Part shown: piece by piece, positions 1-12,357 of the stretch
How the letters are laid out: every line of letters begins with the position of its first letter
Position numbering within the stretch: position 1 is the first letter of the stretch
Assembly (NCBI GenBank): GCA_010093605.1
Contig: MU004181.1
Location: forward strand, 124,001 to 188,000
Length of the DNA stretch: 64,000 nt
Origin: Lophium mytilinum
Taxonomy: Eukaryota
Reading direction: 5' to 3'
The notes under the pieces: model-generated
Databases searched by the model: none
What the model was told of the DNA's origin: nothing
The model's input: only the letters and a program-made list of their open reading frames with translations
Position numbers and translations under genes: made by a program

Positions 1-429
1 ACGACGTGAAAGGCAGACATCGCAAGAATAGGACGTAGACTTCCGGAAGACGGTTCTTTTCATCACTATAATGCTATGTGTGAGGAATGGTGATAGCGCT
101 GAGATGCGGTTGTGCTTTCGGAGGTGCTGCGGGGAGAATCGACCCCTGACGCTAACCGCAAAGGGAAAGGTTCCGTCGGTTCCTCTATTCTTCTGGATGC
201 ATCTCTGAACGTCACAAATATCATGCATTCGACTGAAAAGAACGAATGTATCAGCTTCATGAAATATTGCATCCTGAGTTATGTGGTTTCTCCCTAGTTG
301 CCTGCCGTCGCTCTCCTGTCCCAACGCGTTGCACATTCATTCCCCGCAAACTTGCCAGTACGCAACACAAGCTTGTAGAATTAATAGCTCATCGTCGGCC
401 TGTATTGTCTCGGCACGTAAAAAGCGCCG

Positions 430-888
430 CTAAGGATGTGGAGCACATGTCTTGATCCAATCCTCAACGCGTCCTGCTAAATCATCGTGCTTCGCCCTAT
501 GAAGCCCATACGAGATGACTTTCGCTCCGAAAGGAATATCGCGTCTGTACTTCCGCTCTACTAGTGCCACTAATTTTATTCGTCCATAGATAGGTGCTGT
601 CACGTCGGGCGCCGGAAAAGCGGCCAGATCGTCGGGTGCTGCAGGATTGTACATCATCACAAATAAGTCTTGAGAATCGCCATCTCGAGAGTTTCGAATG
701 TAATCGTGAAGATATAACATACCGACCGGGTCTGGTACGTTCAGTCCTGCTAGACTCACTCCTTGGTTTTGGAACATGTAGCTTGAGTAGAGCTAGTTCC
801 ATGCTTCCGCGTCGCTGATTTTGAACCCGAAAATTGGTCCTCTGAACGGATCTGCCGCGTCTCTTAGCCAATGTAATGCGACTGCCAT
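430..888 (-). pseudogene. Family C paralogue (distant) with one in-frame TAG
   Basis: ATG at 888 reads MAVALHWLRDAADPFRGPIFGFKISDAEAWN*LYSSYMFQNQ (TAG at 793-795), in frame with ORF 430..777. It aligns with the 2050-2328 copy (WLR...PF.(G)PIF.F.I.EAE.WN) and carries LYLHDY..QDLFVMMY, similar to family C LYASNY..GQDLVGILW. Confidence 0.6.
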
Positions 889-2049
889 TTTTTCTCTCGC
901 GGAGCTTGGATGAGGAGAGATAAGTGGATGGAAAGAGTGTATAAGTAGGGTTATTCTACGTTTGCTACAAAGTTAGCGGACGATCACTCTGTTTCGTGCT
1001 CTTTTCAAAGCAATGGTCAGATCAATCTCTACCTGCTTCCGTCTTGACCGACTGGGCAGTCAATCTGGCGGCCACATGTCCCATGTAGTAAAGTCTAATG
1101 AACCAACCCTCGTGTCTTCTTGACTTTCGGGCACCCGTCAAGCACGCGAAAGTTATCAAGCCGTCACATTGCAATCAGCAAACCTTCCAAAATCATCCAT
1201 GACTATTCCGATACGTGTTTTCACCTGTTATGCCCTCCCACACTGTCAGCCTTTGGGAAAATCTGAGATGTCACTAGAGGAAAAACGGAAAGAGTAACTG
1301 GACGTTTGCGGAAGTAGCTTCATTGGTTCATTCCGTGTCTTATGTGCCTTGATCAAACGAGTGACTGGAAACGTTATTACGGACCCAGATGACGCCTGTG
1401 TCATATAGCCGTGAAAGACATGCTGCGCCGGCGAAATTTCTGACCAATCAGTGCAGTAGCCAAAGGAAATTCATAGTTCCATGCCGTGGCTTCAACAATA
1501 TGTTATCCGAAAGAGATCGCTCGATTCAGGCCTTTCAAAATGAGCGACGATCGCCAGGTAAAGAGCGGCTACGACAAGGCGTAGTTCGATCTTCGCTTCA
1601 TCAATATTGGGTTTATCCCCTATCCATTGTCTTTACGAATGTCCGCCATGGCCCTCTCCTTCACTGTGATACATCCCCGCAAATATCTCCAGTCTACAAA
1701 TCAAACACATTAAACCTGCAGCTATGATTCACCCCGAATTCTAATAGAAGGCATGTTGTAGACGTCGGCTACCGATAGCGTCTTATCTGTCTTTGGCCAT
1801 CTTTTCCCCGCAAAATTCGCCCTACTAGCTCGTGATTAAGCAGCGATATTTGATATGAAGACACCAGTATGATCGGACCGTCAATGCACAAAATTGCGAA
1901 TGATGTCACGAATACTTTTCGTCAAGGCGTCATGATCCTCCGTATCACCATCCTTGTGATACACCACTTTCGCTCCTTGAGGCGTATCTCGGAAATCGGA
2001 TCGTCTGCGTGGAAGGAGCAGTTGAATGAAACAGTGATCAGCTTCCTCT

Positions 2050-2328
2050 TCAAATCCATCGTACGTACGATGAAAATCGTGGGCTTTGGAGCTCCCATAT
2101 AAAAGCTAACAGGTCTTGGCCGTGCTTGATATCAAGAAAGTGATTAGGCACATTCATGACGCCAATCTTAGTGATTTTGAGTAAGGATTTGGGTAATATA
2201 GCCCTTGATGACTCCAAAAAGTATTTCGATGTGAGGACGTAGTTCCAACCCTCCGCCTCGTCAATTTCGAACCGAAAGATGGGTCATGTGAAGGGGCTGT
2301 CTTGGGGTCGAAGCCACGTGAAAGGCAT
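2050..2328 (-). pseudogene. Family C paralogue, disrupted (absent from ORF track)
   Basis: Manual translation from ATG 2328: MPFTWLRPQDSPFT*PIFRFEIDEAEGWNYV...HGQDLLAFIWELQ...WI*. The TGA at 2284-2286 sits where the paralogue has Gly. GQDLLAFIW matches family C. Confidence 0.65.
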
Positions 2329-2548
2329 ATCGGTGAGCTTGCTGGAGAGACTTTTGATGAGGTTGAGAAAAATGCACCAGTGAGAAGGGACTTATAGGGT
2401 TAATTTAGTGGGGTTTGCTACCGTATTGATCGAAATTCAGAGAAGATTCAAGAAAGGAGAGAAACTAAATGCGTTATCCCGCAAATGCATCATCCCGCAA
2501 ACCCAGTTTTGGGATTGACCAAAATCGCAGCAAACCATGGATGATACC

Positions 2549-3670
2549 TCAATCGTAGAAGAGCCCGAAAGAAGCGCGCTCCCCTTCAGCCAGTGTTCTA
2601 TTACGATAGTAGCGGCGGAAGTGACCTGCTCGGCGGTACGCACTATCTTGAAAATGGCACTCCACCCACCCAAAGTATGCAAAGTGACGGTTACACATTC
2701 GCTCATCGTCTCCCTGCGTGATGCAGATGAATTGCGTGTCGTCGACGTGAGCGTCGGAGGTTGCGGGCATTGCCATTCCTTCGCCGTCAAGCGCCATGCT
2801 CCAGGTATGGCCATCGCTGAGGTTTCGGACGATTGTAGTTGAGTTGTCATATTCGTCTTGACCCTGGAGCCGGATGTTATGAATAATCCTACGAGCTTCG
2901 TAGACCAGATGAAGCGCCTCCTTTGCAAGCTGTATAGGAGCAGTATCGGTCATCATGTACGAGCGGTGCTTCTTGAACGTCCAGCAAGCATATGGTGCAT
3001 ATGCTTTCGTGGAGGTGATGATATTAGAAAGGTCTGTGCAGTACTGGCGGCCAAGGGTAAGGATTTCCTCTATCGGTTCGGTGCGATACGAGGAATCACG
3101 CATGTATAGATGATCAGCACGTCTGTAGTGTAAGAAGATCCTAGTCCTCGAGCCTTCCTTAGACCACACGGAAATTGACGTCTCATCCGCTTCGACGAGC
3201 TGTGCCGCAGCCCCTGAATCAGATGCGTAGCCAGCGTCTTTCAAGAACATTGTCATATTCCACTTGCTGTCGTGAGCCGCTTTGATATACAGGTCGAGGC
3301 GGTCGCCCGGGCTGCAGCGATCGAAGAAGTTAAGAGCGAATTTGCCGGATATGAAGGCGGATAATTCACCCATTTTGTTGCGGAAGGCGATGGGGTCCTT
3401 GAAGAACTTCCTGAGGGAGGTGTTGATGTTCCATTGGCTCTTGGCTGCGGTAGCGTATACCTCCGCCAGGCTTGAGCTTACACGACGTAGGTTGATGAGG
3501 TCTGAGGGTTCGAGGTTGCGGGTGATAGCTTCGAAAATGGGCCAGTGCGAGTCCGCGTTGGAAAGGAATTTAACCAGAGGACTTGGGGTTGGAGGGCTCA
3601 TGGTGGCGGAATGAGAGGGTGGAGCGCCGACCGCTGGAGAGCACTCAATCATGAGCATAGTGGGAGCCAT
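2549..3670 (-). CDS. Family A: F-box-like N-terminus + degenerate nucleotidyltransferase-like domain; C-terminus diverged, possibly truncated
   Basis: Likely ATG 3670. Motifs SPLVKFL..IFEAITRNLEPSDLINLRRVS, QWNIN..L.KFF, ISGKFALNFFDR..GDRLDLY and NIITSTKAYAP are shared with the other family A members. Confidence 0.75.
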   Translation of the reverse strand: MAPTMLMIECSPAVGAPPSHSATMSPPTPSPLVKFLSNADSHWPIFEAITRNLEPSDLINLRRVSSSLAEVYATAAKSQWNINTSLRKFFKDPIAFRNKMGELSAFISGKFALNFFDRCSPGDRLDLYIKAAHDSKWNMTMFLKDAGYASDSGAAAQLVEADETSISVWSKEGSRTRIFLHYRRADHLYMRDSSYRTEPIEEILTLGRQYCTDLSNIITSTKAYAPYACWTFKKHRSYMMTDTAPIQLAKEALHLVYEARRIIHNIRLQGQDEYDNSTTIVRNLSDGHTWSMALDGEGMAMPATSDAHVDDTQFICITQGDDERMCNRHFAYFGWVECHFQDSAYRRAGHFRRYYRNRTLAEGERASFGLFYD

Positions 3671-4149
3671 CTTGTTGGTGGTCGAGACTGCAAGATCAAT
3701 GCAAAGATGGGGGTTATCAGATTCGGGAGGCGCGAGAAGTTGGTTGTGATCGCAAACCTGAAAGCCCTGTGGCAAATGACAGCAATGAATTATGGAATTC
3801 TTATGCTATGTGCATCATTCACTCTTGGGCCTTACAAGGTGTTCCTATAGCCGCCAGGGAGAGGCATTTCGAGCAATGTGAACCCCTGAAATAATTACCC
3901 CAGGTTTCCCCAAGGTTACTTCCATTTCATTAGTTTTAAACCCCTCAGATATCAGACTATCATGTACAGGCCTCCTGCAATATTGGTGTAGGGCCAGCAA
4001 GCTGAGTCGTTGATGATATTTCCTCTCACCAATATGGTGTTCAATGTTCTTATGAACTTGCCCCCGAATCTTTTTGTTCTCAGCAGCTATAGAGAACTTA
4101 CCAAACCACCACAACAAAGCTGACACGTTCTTTCTCCTTCTCAAAGCGA

Positions 4150-4458
4150 GTAAGCTGGCAAACCGATATTGAGCTCTGCATTGATATCGGCATCTGGAGA
4201 TAGATGCAGGATCAGCACCGGCGAGTAAGAAGAAGTAGCCATGCGGACGATCTTACCTAATCGAGCAAAAAAGACGGGTATAGCTTGATGAGGTTTGATA
4301 GCTCAGGTATTGATCGTGATGGCTTCTGAGATAGGCCAATGGGAGTCTCCGTTCTTGACGAACTCAACGAGAGGGCTTAGGTGGTTCGTAGCGGCGGGCT
4401 CTGGATAGGGGTCGCCGAGCATTTCGGCTTTGTCACTCATGAACGTAGTAGGGAGCAT
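4150..4458 (-). pseudogene. Truncated, decayed family A paralogue
   Basis: SPLVEFVKNGDSHWPISEAIT closely matches SPLVKFLSNADSHWPIFEAIT of the 2549-3670 gene. A frameshift follows (PELSNLIKL in another frame), then decay. The 3' boundary is approximate. Confidence 0.65.
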
Positions 4459-5289
4459 CTTTGCCACCTGCTGACATGCAGGAGTGATGAATGGGACGAA
4501 GGGTGTAGTAGGAAGGGGTCGGCGGGGGTATAGCCAGGAATCAAGATTCTCGGCAGCTAATGGTAGCAGTCGTAGGATCCCGAATACAAACGACCCGGCG
4601 GTAAAATCTTCTGATGAAGTGTTACCTAAACTTAAGTGCCTTTGTTGGAGGTACAAGCAGAGCTCTGCCGATGAGAGAGGTTTCCTTCTTGCGTTTGTCT
4701 CTTGCACGAAATAAGAATCGACTAGTCTTGGCCTCTAATATCGAGAGTTTTTTGCTGCCTGCTGGTCAGTTTCAGTCTATCAGAGGGGACATCAGCAAAC
4801 CTGCGTTGCATTTGGCTATAGAAGAAAGCTGTTCTCGCCTCCAGCTTATCGACTCCGACGCTGAGCAGTCTATTGTTTTGACCGATATTCCGGGAACCTG
4901 TGCATGAATCATATCTGTTTCCCAGTATAACCCCTCCGAATCTCTTCAGAAGTATAACCTTATAAGCACGAAAGATTTCTGTCTGTTCATGTCACCAACC
5001 GATTCGGAGCAAGACACTAGTATGGTGAACCTGGAACTTTGAATCGGCTAGCGGCGTGCCGAGCACGCGCATTTCGAGGAGGAGCCTTGTACTTCAACAC
5101 ATTCAACTCCTTCTTGATTCTCGAACTTTGCGCATCCACACACTCCTAATCACCACCTTGCCACCACCATCATTACACCATCGGTAAGTAAGCTCAACGC
5201 AAAAGAACATCCGACGTGAATGACGGCTGACACCAAGTAGGCACAAAACTCCTATTAGACACAGTCTAGGCGCAACGCCTCGAGGAACA

Positions 5290-6489
5290 ATGTCCACTTC
5301 TTCCGATGCCTCTACCAATGGCTCTTCCCATGTCCCTATCAATTCCACGACGGCGCCGAGTCCATCACGCCTTGTTGACTTTCTGGCAGAGCCAAACGCC
5401 TACTATCCAATCTTCGATTCTAATACTCGCAATCTAGAAGCGAACGACTTGCTGAAGCTACGCCATGTATCGAAATCCCTCACCACCGTGTACCCAACTG
5501 TGCAAAAGACGCAGTGGAATGTCAATGAGGCGTTGAAGAAGTTCGTGAAGGATCGGAAAGAATTCCGCAATAAACTGGGCCTGGCCTCCTGCGTCATATC
5601 AGGGCAGTTTGCGCTGGACTTCCTCGACAGGAGCGCCGTGGGGGACCGCCTGGACATTTTCGCACACGGAAAGATGGGGGGTCTAGCAAACGCGGAATAC
5701 ATGGCATGGTGGATCGAACACGAAGGCTATGCCGTTGTTCGCTCCTACCCATACGACGATGAACTTATGACCGAAGTCTACGTACGCCCAGGCACAAGCG
5801 ATCCGACTATCTATCTACAAAACACTCGCGATACTCCAATCGTGAGCCTCTTGAGAGTCGGCCCCCAGTACAGTCTTGCCCTCGCCAACATTATGACATC
5901 TACCAAAGTCTACGCACCGTTTGCGAGAGACACTTTCAGAGAGCATCGGTCCTATCTCAACAAGCTCCTCGACGACTACTGCGCCGACTTGCTTACCGCT
6001 GTAGCGCAAACCGGACGTCGCATGCTCGACATACGCCACATAGCAACCCGGCAGGGGAGCGTCATTCGTCAATTTACCGACGGCAGCACCTGGACCATGG
6101 AATTGAATAATGCTGGTATTGACAGTCCCACAACTCCGGACTACGTTGTAGATTTCACCACGTTTGCAATCAGTGTCACACGAAAACATCCGCAGTACTA
6201 TTATTGGATTGACATACTCCAAATATCACATCCTGCGCTTGCTTATACCTGGGCGCACTTATGTAGCCCCAAAGGACGCTTAGATGCAGCTATGGCGATG
6301 GAACTCTCAATGACCCCGAGGGATAATTGGCCTGGATCCGGCAATAGATCATTCGACGACATTCTGCTCAACGGAGATCACCTCAAACCCGACTTGCTGG
6401 CGCTTTCAAGGTACTATGATGACATGCTAACTGAGTGGCTTGAGGAGGAGCTACTCGAAAGGGACGATGTGGGGTACAGTGGATGGTGA
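5290..6489 (+). CDS. Family A paralogue (399 aa)
   Basis: Intact ORF with family motifs QWNVN, ISGQFALDFLDR..GDRLDIF, LANIMTSTKVYAPFARDTF, DG.TW.M, TPDYVVD, YYDDM..W. Confidence 0.85.
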   Translation: MSTSSDASTNGSSHVPINSTTAPSPSRLVDFLAEPNAYYPIFDSNTRNLEANDLLKLRHVSKSLTTVYPTVQKTQWNVNEALKKFVKDRKEFRNKLGLASCVISGQFALDFLDRSAVGDRLDIFAHGKMGGLANAEYMAWWIEHEGYAVVRSYPYDDELMTEVYVRPGTSDPTIYLQNTRDTPIVSLLRVGPQYSLALANIMTSTKVYAPFARDTFREHRSYLNKLLDDYCADLLTAVAQTGRRMLDIRHIATRQGSVIRQFTDGSTWTMELNNAGIDSPTTPDYVVDFTTFAISVTRKHPQYYYWIDILQISHPALAYTWAHLCSPKGRLDAAMAMELSMTPRDNWPGSGNRSFDDILLNGDHLKPDLLALSRYYDDMLTEWLEEELLERDDVGYSGW

Positions 6490-7219
6490 TAGTACGGGCA
6501 AGGGGCTTGTAGCGGGCTAAGAAGCTGAAGTTCGGAAGTTTATCAGTTTGGTAGAGGATGTGTGATTCAGTATCTATGATGATGCCATTCAAAACTGACA
6601 GCTGATTCCGGCTCAGCATATGGGCTGCGAATTTTAACTGTGTTATATATTTCTAAGAATTAAGCAGCAAAAGATCGCCGGGCTGAGCTTCTACCAAAGG
6701 CCTCAACAAACAGTTCCATGGCAAGATGGCAAAGCAGGTTTGAAACTAAGCTAGCATTGATGAAAGTACACCATTCTTGATAAGACGTTCCTTAACCACG
6801 GCTTTCCCTTGACTTGAAAATGGTGACTCTTCTGGTACTTACAGAGATCTTCCAGAGTTCTCAAGTTTAGTAGACTACACCTAAACGAGTACATGGAAGT
6901 CCCGGTGAAGCGTTGTTCTCACGTGAACAGACGTAAATGGCACGTTCAGGTGGGCAGCTACAGGTTTAAGGCATATCTTGCTTCCTACCCTGATTCACCA
7001 TTCTCACGCGTACTACTGACAGGCTCTGTGCCCACTCAAAGACCCCCCTCGCCCATCACCTAACGTCAACTTGAAGCTCTACAGTAGCCAACCAACACCC
7101 ACGGCCCAACACGTCTCAACCACCCCACCTCCAGAGCCTCTGCGGAGCCATACCCGAGCGTGAACTCAACCTATACCCCAACCCGCAACCCAAGCACAAC
7201 GTCCGCCATTGTGAACACC

Positions 7220-8434
7220 ATGGACCCGACTCCGCGCCAAAGCCCTCTAGTAGACTTCCTCACAGATCCTGGCCGCCACGTGCCCATGTTTGACGCTATT
7301 ACGCAGAACTTGGGCCCGGCCGACATCGTCAAACTCGGTCGCGTGTCCAAAGCTCTCGGCAATGTGTACCCCGCCGTCCAAAAGTCTCAGTGGAACATTG
7401 ACGCGTCCTTGAAGAAGTTCTTCAAGGAGCCCAAAGCTTTCCGTAACGCACTGAGCGAGGCCTGGGGAGTGATCTCAGGAATCTTCGCCCTCGACTTCCT
7501 AGATAGGCGAGCGCCAGGAAACCGGCTCGATACTTTCCTGCATCATGAAGTACCGGATGATGACGAGGATAACTTCTCATTTCTTGGTATGGAGAAATAC
7601 CTGAAGGATCAGGGATATACTGAAGACACGCCCCAGCGCATTCTTGGACAGCCAGTTGACATTGACATGAATAACGATTTTGGGTTCAAGATCTACGCCC
7701 TGGAAGGACATGGCGCTAGTGCAAAGCTGTCAGTTTACCTTCACGGCTGTCTTGCGGATCGCGTGTCTGATATCTTGACTAGCTGGACAACTTCCCAAAA
7801 TTCAACAGCTTTGTCTAATATCATCACCGCCACCAAGGCGTACGCGCCGTTCGCGCGGGAAACGTTCAAAGAGTACCGATCGTATTTAACCCAAGAAGCG
7901 AGTCAGTGGACCGTAGGGGGACTCCATGTGGTTGAAACTACTGGAAGGAAGATCCTAGATATCCGGCAGCAGGACAAACTGCTAAAGGACCATGCTCGGA
8001 GTCTCTCGGATGGCATGACGTGGACTTTAGTACTCGACTCTGAGGGGATCCAAGAGCCCTTCGCACCGGAATATATCACCGACGCCACGGTATTCTCACT
8101 CAGTGTCGACAAACGCCATGGTGTCAACTTCTACAACGTCGAAATTGAACCATTTGACCACGCGGTGTTAGAGCATACCTGGTATGTGCCGGAAGCCTAC
8201 CATGCGCCCCTGAGAGAAATACTTGACTCCATCGCGGTCCTCTCGTTCTTCAGAACCCCGAAGGAGAAGTGGGTGACGGAACTATCGGCATATCATACCC
8301 ACCAGGACGTCATCCGGAACCGACCTGATAAGGCTACGAACGCGATTGCTTGGCCACATAAGAAGCCGTACTACGATGACATGATGGTAGAGTGGATCCA
8401 AGAGGTGCAGAAGCAGATCAAGGAGACGAAGTAG
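7220..8434 (+). CDS. Family A paralogue (~404 aa)
   Basis: First ATG at 7220 (the track start is GTG). All family A motifs are present. Confidence 0.85.
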   Translation: MDPTPRQSPLVDFLTDPGRHVPMFDAITQNLGPADIVKLGRVSKALGNVYPAVQKSQWNIDASLKKFFKEPKAFRNALSEAWGVISGIFALDFLDRRAPGNRLDTFLHHEVPDDDEDNFSFLGMEKYLKDQGYTEDTPQRILGQPVDIDMNNDFGFKIYALEGHGASAKLSVYLHGCLADRVSDILTSWTTSQNSTALSNIITATKAYAPFARETFKEYRSYLTQEASQWTVGGLHVVETTGRKILDIRQQDKLLKDHARSLSDGMTWTLVLDSEGIQEPFAPEYITDATVFSLSVDKRHGVNFYNVEIEPFDHAVLEHTWYVPEAYHAPLREILDSIAVLSFFRTPKEKWVTELSAYHTHQDVIRNRPDKATNAIAWPHKKPYYDDMMVEWIQEVQKQIKETK

Positions 8435-8852
8435 TATTAGCGGCGAATGCGGTGCTGATGTGCACACCCTATCAATTCACAGCATTGTGACAGGAGTTTG
8501 GGCTTTCTTTGGTACTGTTTGGGGCGTTCCAATAGGCTCTTAATATTCGGACATGTTGACAAACTTCACACAATGAAAATTGGGCTACCGTTTGACTGGC
8601 CAAAGTCGTGATAGCTGAGGCACTCCTGACAGTGGCGTCGTGCAACTAAGAGTTGTTGCCGGGCAGTGAGATATATGTGTGCGTAAACTTATGACCTTAC
8701 TGTACCATTCTCCCTTAGAGGCTTAGCGTCGTGGGGGCCTTGGCGTGCTCGTCTTGTTCCGCATTCCCAACATCCACTCGCTGTTCGACCTCCACTTCAC
8801 CACACCGCGTCACACCCACAGCGTTCAACTCCAGCAACCGTACTAGAAGAAC

Positions 8853-9995
8853 ATGTCCAATTCTACCAGCATCCCGCCGCGCGCCAGCCCGCTCCTCAAC
8901 TTCTTGACGCAGCCGGGCCGATATGTGCCCTTTTTCAACGCCATCATCGAGCATCTTGGTCCAGCCGACATTATCAAGTTACGTGGTACGTCTCGAGATC
9001 TCGGCAACATGTATTCCACTCTCATAAGCACGAAATGGAACATCAACACCGCCCTATGGAAATTTTTCAAGCACCCGAAAGCCTTCCGCAACAAGCTAGG
9101 AGAGACGTCGGGGGTAATATCGGGACAGTTTGCGCTCGATTTCCTGGACAGAAAGCCGCCCGCGGACCGACTCGATATCTGGGTGCAAGGACATGCGGAG
9201 AGCCGGGAGGAGGAAGACGAAAACACGTCCCAGAAATGCTCCCACACCACTGTAGGTGAATGGATCCAACAGCAAGGCTACGTAGAGGACACGATCCTAC
9301 AGGAGATAAAAAGAGACGCTAAGTGGGGTTACAAGATGTACAGAGGGACTGCAGGGCGCGAAAATTTGACGATCCATCTCCACGGCTGCATGTGGAAGAA
9401 CCCCGTTCCTGACATCCTGGCCGACCGCAGCGTCCCCCAAGGCACACTGGCGCTAGTAAACATCATCACCGCGACGAAAATTTATGCACCATTCGCTCGA
9501 GACACGTTCACCAAAAATCACTCCTACATGCAAAAGGCCATTAGACAAGACCTCAAGGGACCGGTTGGAGAGATGGTCAACGTAGTAGCTCAGTCGCGTC
9601 AGATCCTAGACCCTCCGCCTCAAGCCGAAGACCACATACGGAGTTTCTCCGATGGCAACACCTGGAGGATGATGCTAGACTCCGAGGGCATCGCGCCGCC
9701 AGCCATCCCGGACTTTGTGACTGATGCCACGAGGTTCTCGGTCCGCGTCCAGCCCGAGTGCTATTCCATCAACACCGGTGAGCTCGAAGACCCTGCGCTG
9801 CGCTATGCCTGGGCTATGCCGGTCGATTACTTCCTGATTCTCTCTAAGAAGCTGAAGTTCCGCCGCGAGGTTCAAATGTATGAAACACCGCACGAGCTAG
9901 GATACTATGATGATAGAATGCCGAAGTGGATCAGTGAGACTGATCGGGAAGTTTCTTTGAAGATGCAAAAGGATATAGGCTGGTCTACACTATGA
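8853..9995 (+). CDS. Family A paralogue (380 aa, shortened C-terminal segment)
   Basis: Intact ORF with family motifs. It lacks roughly 35 aa between YETP and YYDD relative to its neighbours. Confidence 0.85.
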   Translation: MSNSTSIPPRASPLLNFLTQPGRYVPFFNAIIEHLGPADIIKLRGTSRDLGNMYSTLISTKWNINTALWKFFKHPKAFRNKLGETSGVISGQFALDFLDRKPPADRLDIWVQGHAESREEEDENTSQKCSHTTVGEWIQQQGYVEDTILQEIKRDAKWGYKMYRGTAGRENLTIHLHGCMWKNPVPDILADRSVPQGTLALVNIITATKIYAPFARDTFTKNHSYMQKAIRQDLKGPVGEMVNVVAQSRQILDPPPQAEDHIRSFSDGNTWRMMLDSEGIAPPAIPDFVTDATRFSVRVQPECYSINTGELEDPALRYAWAMPVDYFLILSKKLKFRREVQMYETPHELGYYDDRMPKWISETDREVSLKMQKDIGWSTL

Positions 9996-10049
9996 CGAAG
10001 CGTAGTACACCGAGACTGTAGTTAGAAATGATATTATATGTCTCTGAAA

Positions 10050-10760
10050 ACCCTGACTGACGTTCATGGCGTTTGTTTTGCTGATATTGGGAAATTTACT
10101 GGAACATAGATACCATAAGCAGATCGTTTTGGGCTTTATTTCTGAGCCTTTGTATTTGTTACTGTTCGGCTTCGTCTTGCTCACTTCACACCGTTGTAAG
10201 AAGTAGCCAAGTTGGCTGGGAGGTGTTGAGATAAACAGTACTCTGATTCGCACTATCTGCAGATTGATATCGCGCCTAGATGCATCTAGAAATATCTTAC
10301 AAGTCTGGGTATCCGAAATGATCCTGTTCGGCTTCAATTTTGCTTGCTTCATACCACTGGAAGGAGTAGCCCAGCTAGTCCTGAACTAATGAGTTAAACA
10401 GCACTCTGATTTGTCCTGTCTGGAATCTAAAATCGTACCTAGATAATTGCAGTACTGTTCCATAAGTCTGGGCACACGAATTTATATCTATTTGTCTCGA
10501 ATTTTGCTCCCTTAACGCCACTGTCAGGGGTAGCCTGGATGGTCGGTAGCTAGCTAGTCCAAACGCAGTCTAATATACACTTTCTGGAACCTGACATCAA
10601 GCTTAGATGCCTGCAGTACTAATCCACAAGACTGAAAACACCTATTTGAATCTATTCGCCTGGATTTTGCAACGTCAATACTACTGTCAGGGGTAGTCTA
10701 GCGAGTCAGTAAATAGCCGGTCAGAATAGAGTGCAGATTGTACTGTTTAAGACTAAACAT
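10050..10760. repeat. Degenerate tandem repeat, ~164-bp unit, ~4 copies
   Basis: The core (a/g/c)(c/t)(c/a)..CTGTCAGGGGTAG-like motif recurs at ~10190, 10353, 10517 and 10681, with aligned flanks (CTAGAT..CAGTACT..AAG.CTG; CT.TT.G.CT..A.TTTGC). Boundaries are approximate. Confidence 0.7.
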
Positions 10761-10959
10761 CGGCTTTGGATCCTTGAAACTTCGTGGGGGACTCAAGACC
10801 TATCACGTGATACCGTTATTCGCGCCAAGCCTTGTGTTCACGCGTGAGCGCGTCGTAGGTAACGTTACACGAAGTTCAAATCAAACATCCACCATAATTA
10901 CAACTTGCCATCGCCTCGATACCGCTATACTCTTCGCACTTCCACACAGCTTCAGCACC

Positions 10960-12357
10960 ATGGCTAGCTCACCAGCCGCTACGGACATGCTTCTCCACGA
11001 GATAGCTGCTCCTAGCACCAATCCAGCCACCATTTCGGACAACGCGAAGGCGCCGACTGAGACCCCCGCAGATAGTCCATCTTGTCAAGCTGTAGCGACG
11101 TTCGACACTGCCAAGAAGCCATCGAAAGGACGCCTTATCGATCTCCTCGATCCCGATAGATACATTCCTATGCTCGACAAGATCACCGAATACCTCGACC
11201 CGGCAGACTTAGTGAATCTGCGCCGCGTGTCTCGAAAGCTGGGCGAAGTGTACACGAAAGTGCAGCAAACGCAATGGAATATCAATACAGCTTTGAAGAA
11301 GTTCGTCAGGGATCCTGTAGAGTTCCGAAACAAGCTGGGAGAGGTATCTGGTATCATATCGGGTATGTTCGCGCTGGATTTTCTGGATCGACGTGCAACT
11401 GGTGATCGACTGGACATTTTCGTCCGCGATGTCAATCAAGAGGTCGTCGTCGATTGGTTTCTTCACAACGAGGACTATGTGTACGCAGACACTCTGGATA
11501 AGGACGGTGTTTGGCAGGACTATCACGCAAGTTCCTTTGTGGAGGAAAGACGTCCAGAATGGGAGAATCGGGATGGGATTCGCGAGGAATACATTCTTTT
11601 CCGCTTGACTCGTCTTGAGGCTACAAAACTCAGGGTGTACGTCCATGCCTCGCTCGATATACCACGTTCCTGCTTTCTTGCAACCAACGGCACCCAACAC
11701 TCTCTCGCCCTTGCAAACTTCATCACGGCGACGAAGGTGTATTCCCCCTTTGCGCGGGGCACATTCCTCGAATATCGCTCCTACACGCACGGTGTTGTAG
11801 GTGAAGATGCCGCATATGCCTTGAATGCCGTTGCATCGACTGGTAGAAAGACAGTTGGCATCCGCCTACAGGACTCGAGGATGAAAACGACCCTTCGCAA
11901 GTTCGCCGACGGCGAAACGTGGAGCATGATCCTCGACTCAACCGGCGTCCGAGCGCCAGAAACCCCTGACTACGTTGTCGACGCTACTGCCTTCCTGGTT
12001 GGTGCAAGTCATATGCTTATGTGGTTCTATGAAACAACCACGACCGAGATCTGTCACGTGGGTACTAATTACGTATGGCTGTATCCGTATCCAGATCAGA
12101 TCGTCCCCCATCTGGACACAGCGGTTGCATTGGAACTCTATAAAACCCCGAGGGAGAGTTTCGCGCATTGGGTGGATATACGCCCTACTCTTGCTCAGCT
12201 TGTCGAGCAGAGACATCATCGTAACCATCATTCTTTCCCGCATAAGACGTTTTATGATGATATGATGCCGCAATGGATCAAAGAGATAGAAGACGACATG
12301 GCGGCAGAAGAGAATGGGAGTCAAGATTACCCGAGGAAGCGCCCGAGGCTTCATTGA
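10960..12357 (+). CDS. Family A paralogue (~465 aa) with C-terminal NLS-like PRKRPR
   Basis: Likely ATG 10960 (MASSPAA). All family motifs are present; the protein ends YPRKRPRLH. Confidence 0.85.
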   Translation: MASSPAATDMLLHEIAAPSTNPATISDNAKAPTETPADSPSCQAVATFDTAKKPSKGRLIDLLDPDRYIPMLDKITEYLDPADLVNLRRVSRKLGEVYTKVQQTQWNINTALKKFVRDPVEFRNKLGEVSGIISGMFALDFLDRRATGDRLDIFVRDVNQEVVVDWFLHNEDYVYADTLDKDGVWQDYHASSFVEERRPEWENRDGIREEYILFRLTRLEATKLRVYVHASLDIPRSCFLATNGTQHSLALANFITATKVYSPFARGTFLEYRSYTHGVVGEDAAYALNAVASTGRKTVGIRLQDSRMKTTLRKFADGETWSMILDSTGVRAPETPDYVVDATAFLVGASHMLMWFYETTTTEICHVGTNYVWLYPYPDQIVPHLDTAVALELYKTPRESFAHWVDIRPTLAQLVEQRHHRNHHSFPHKTFYDDMMPQWIKEIEDDMAAEENGSQDYPRKRPRLH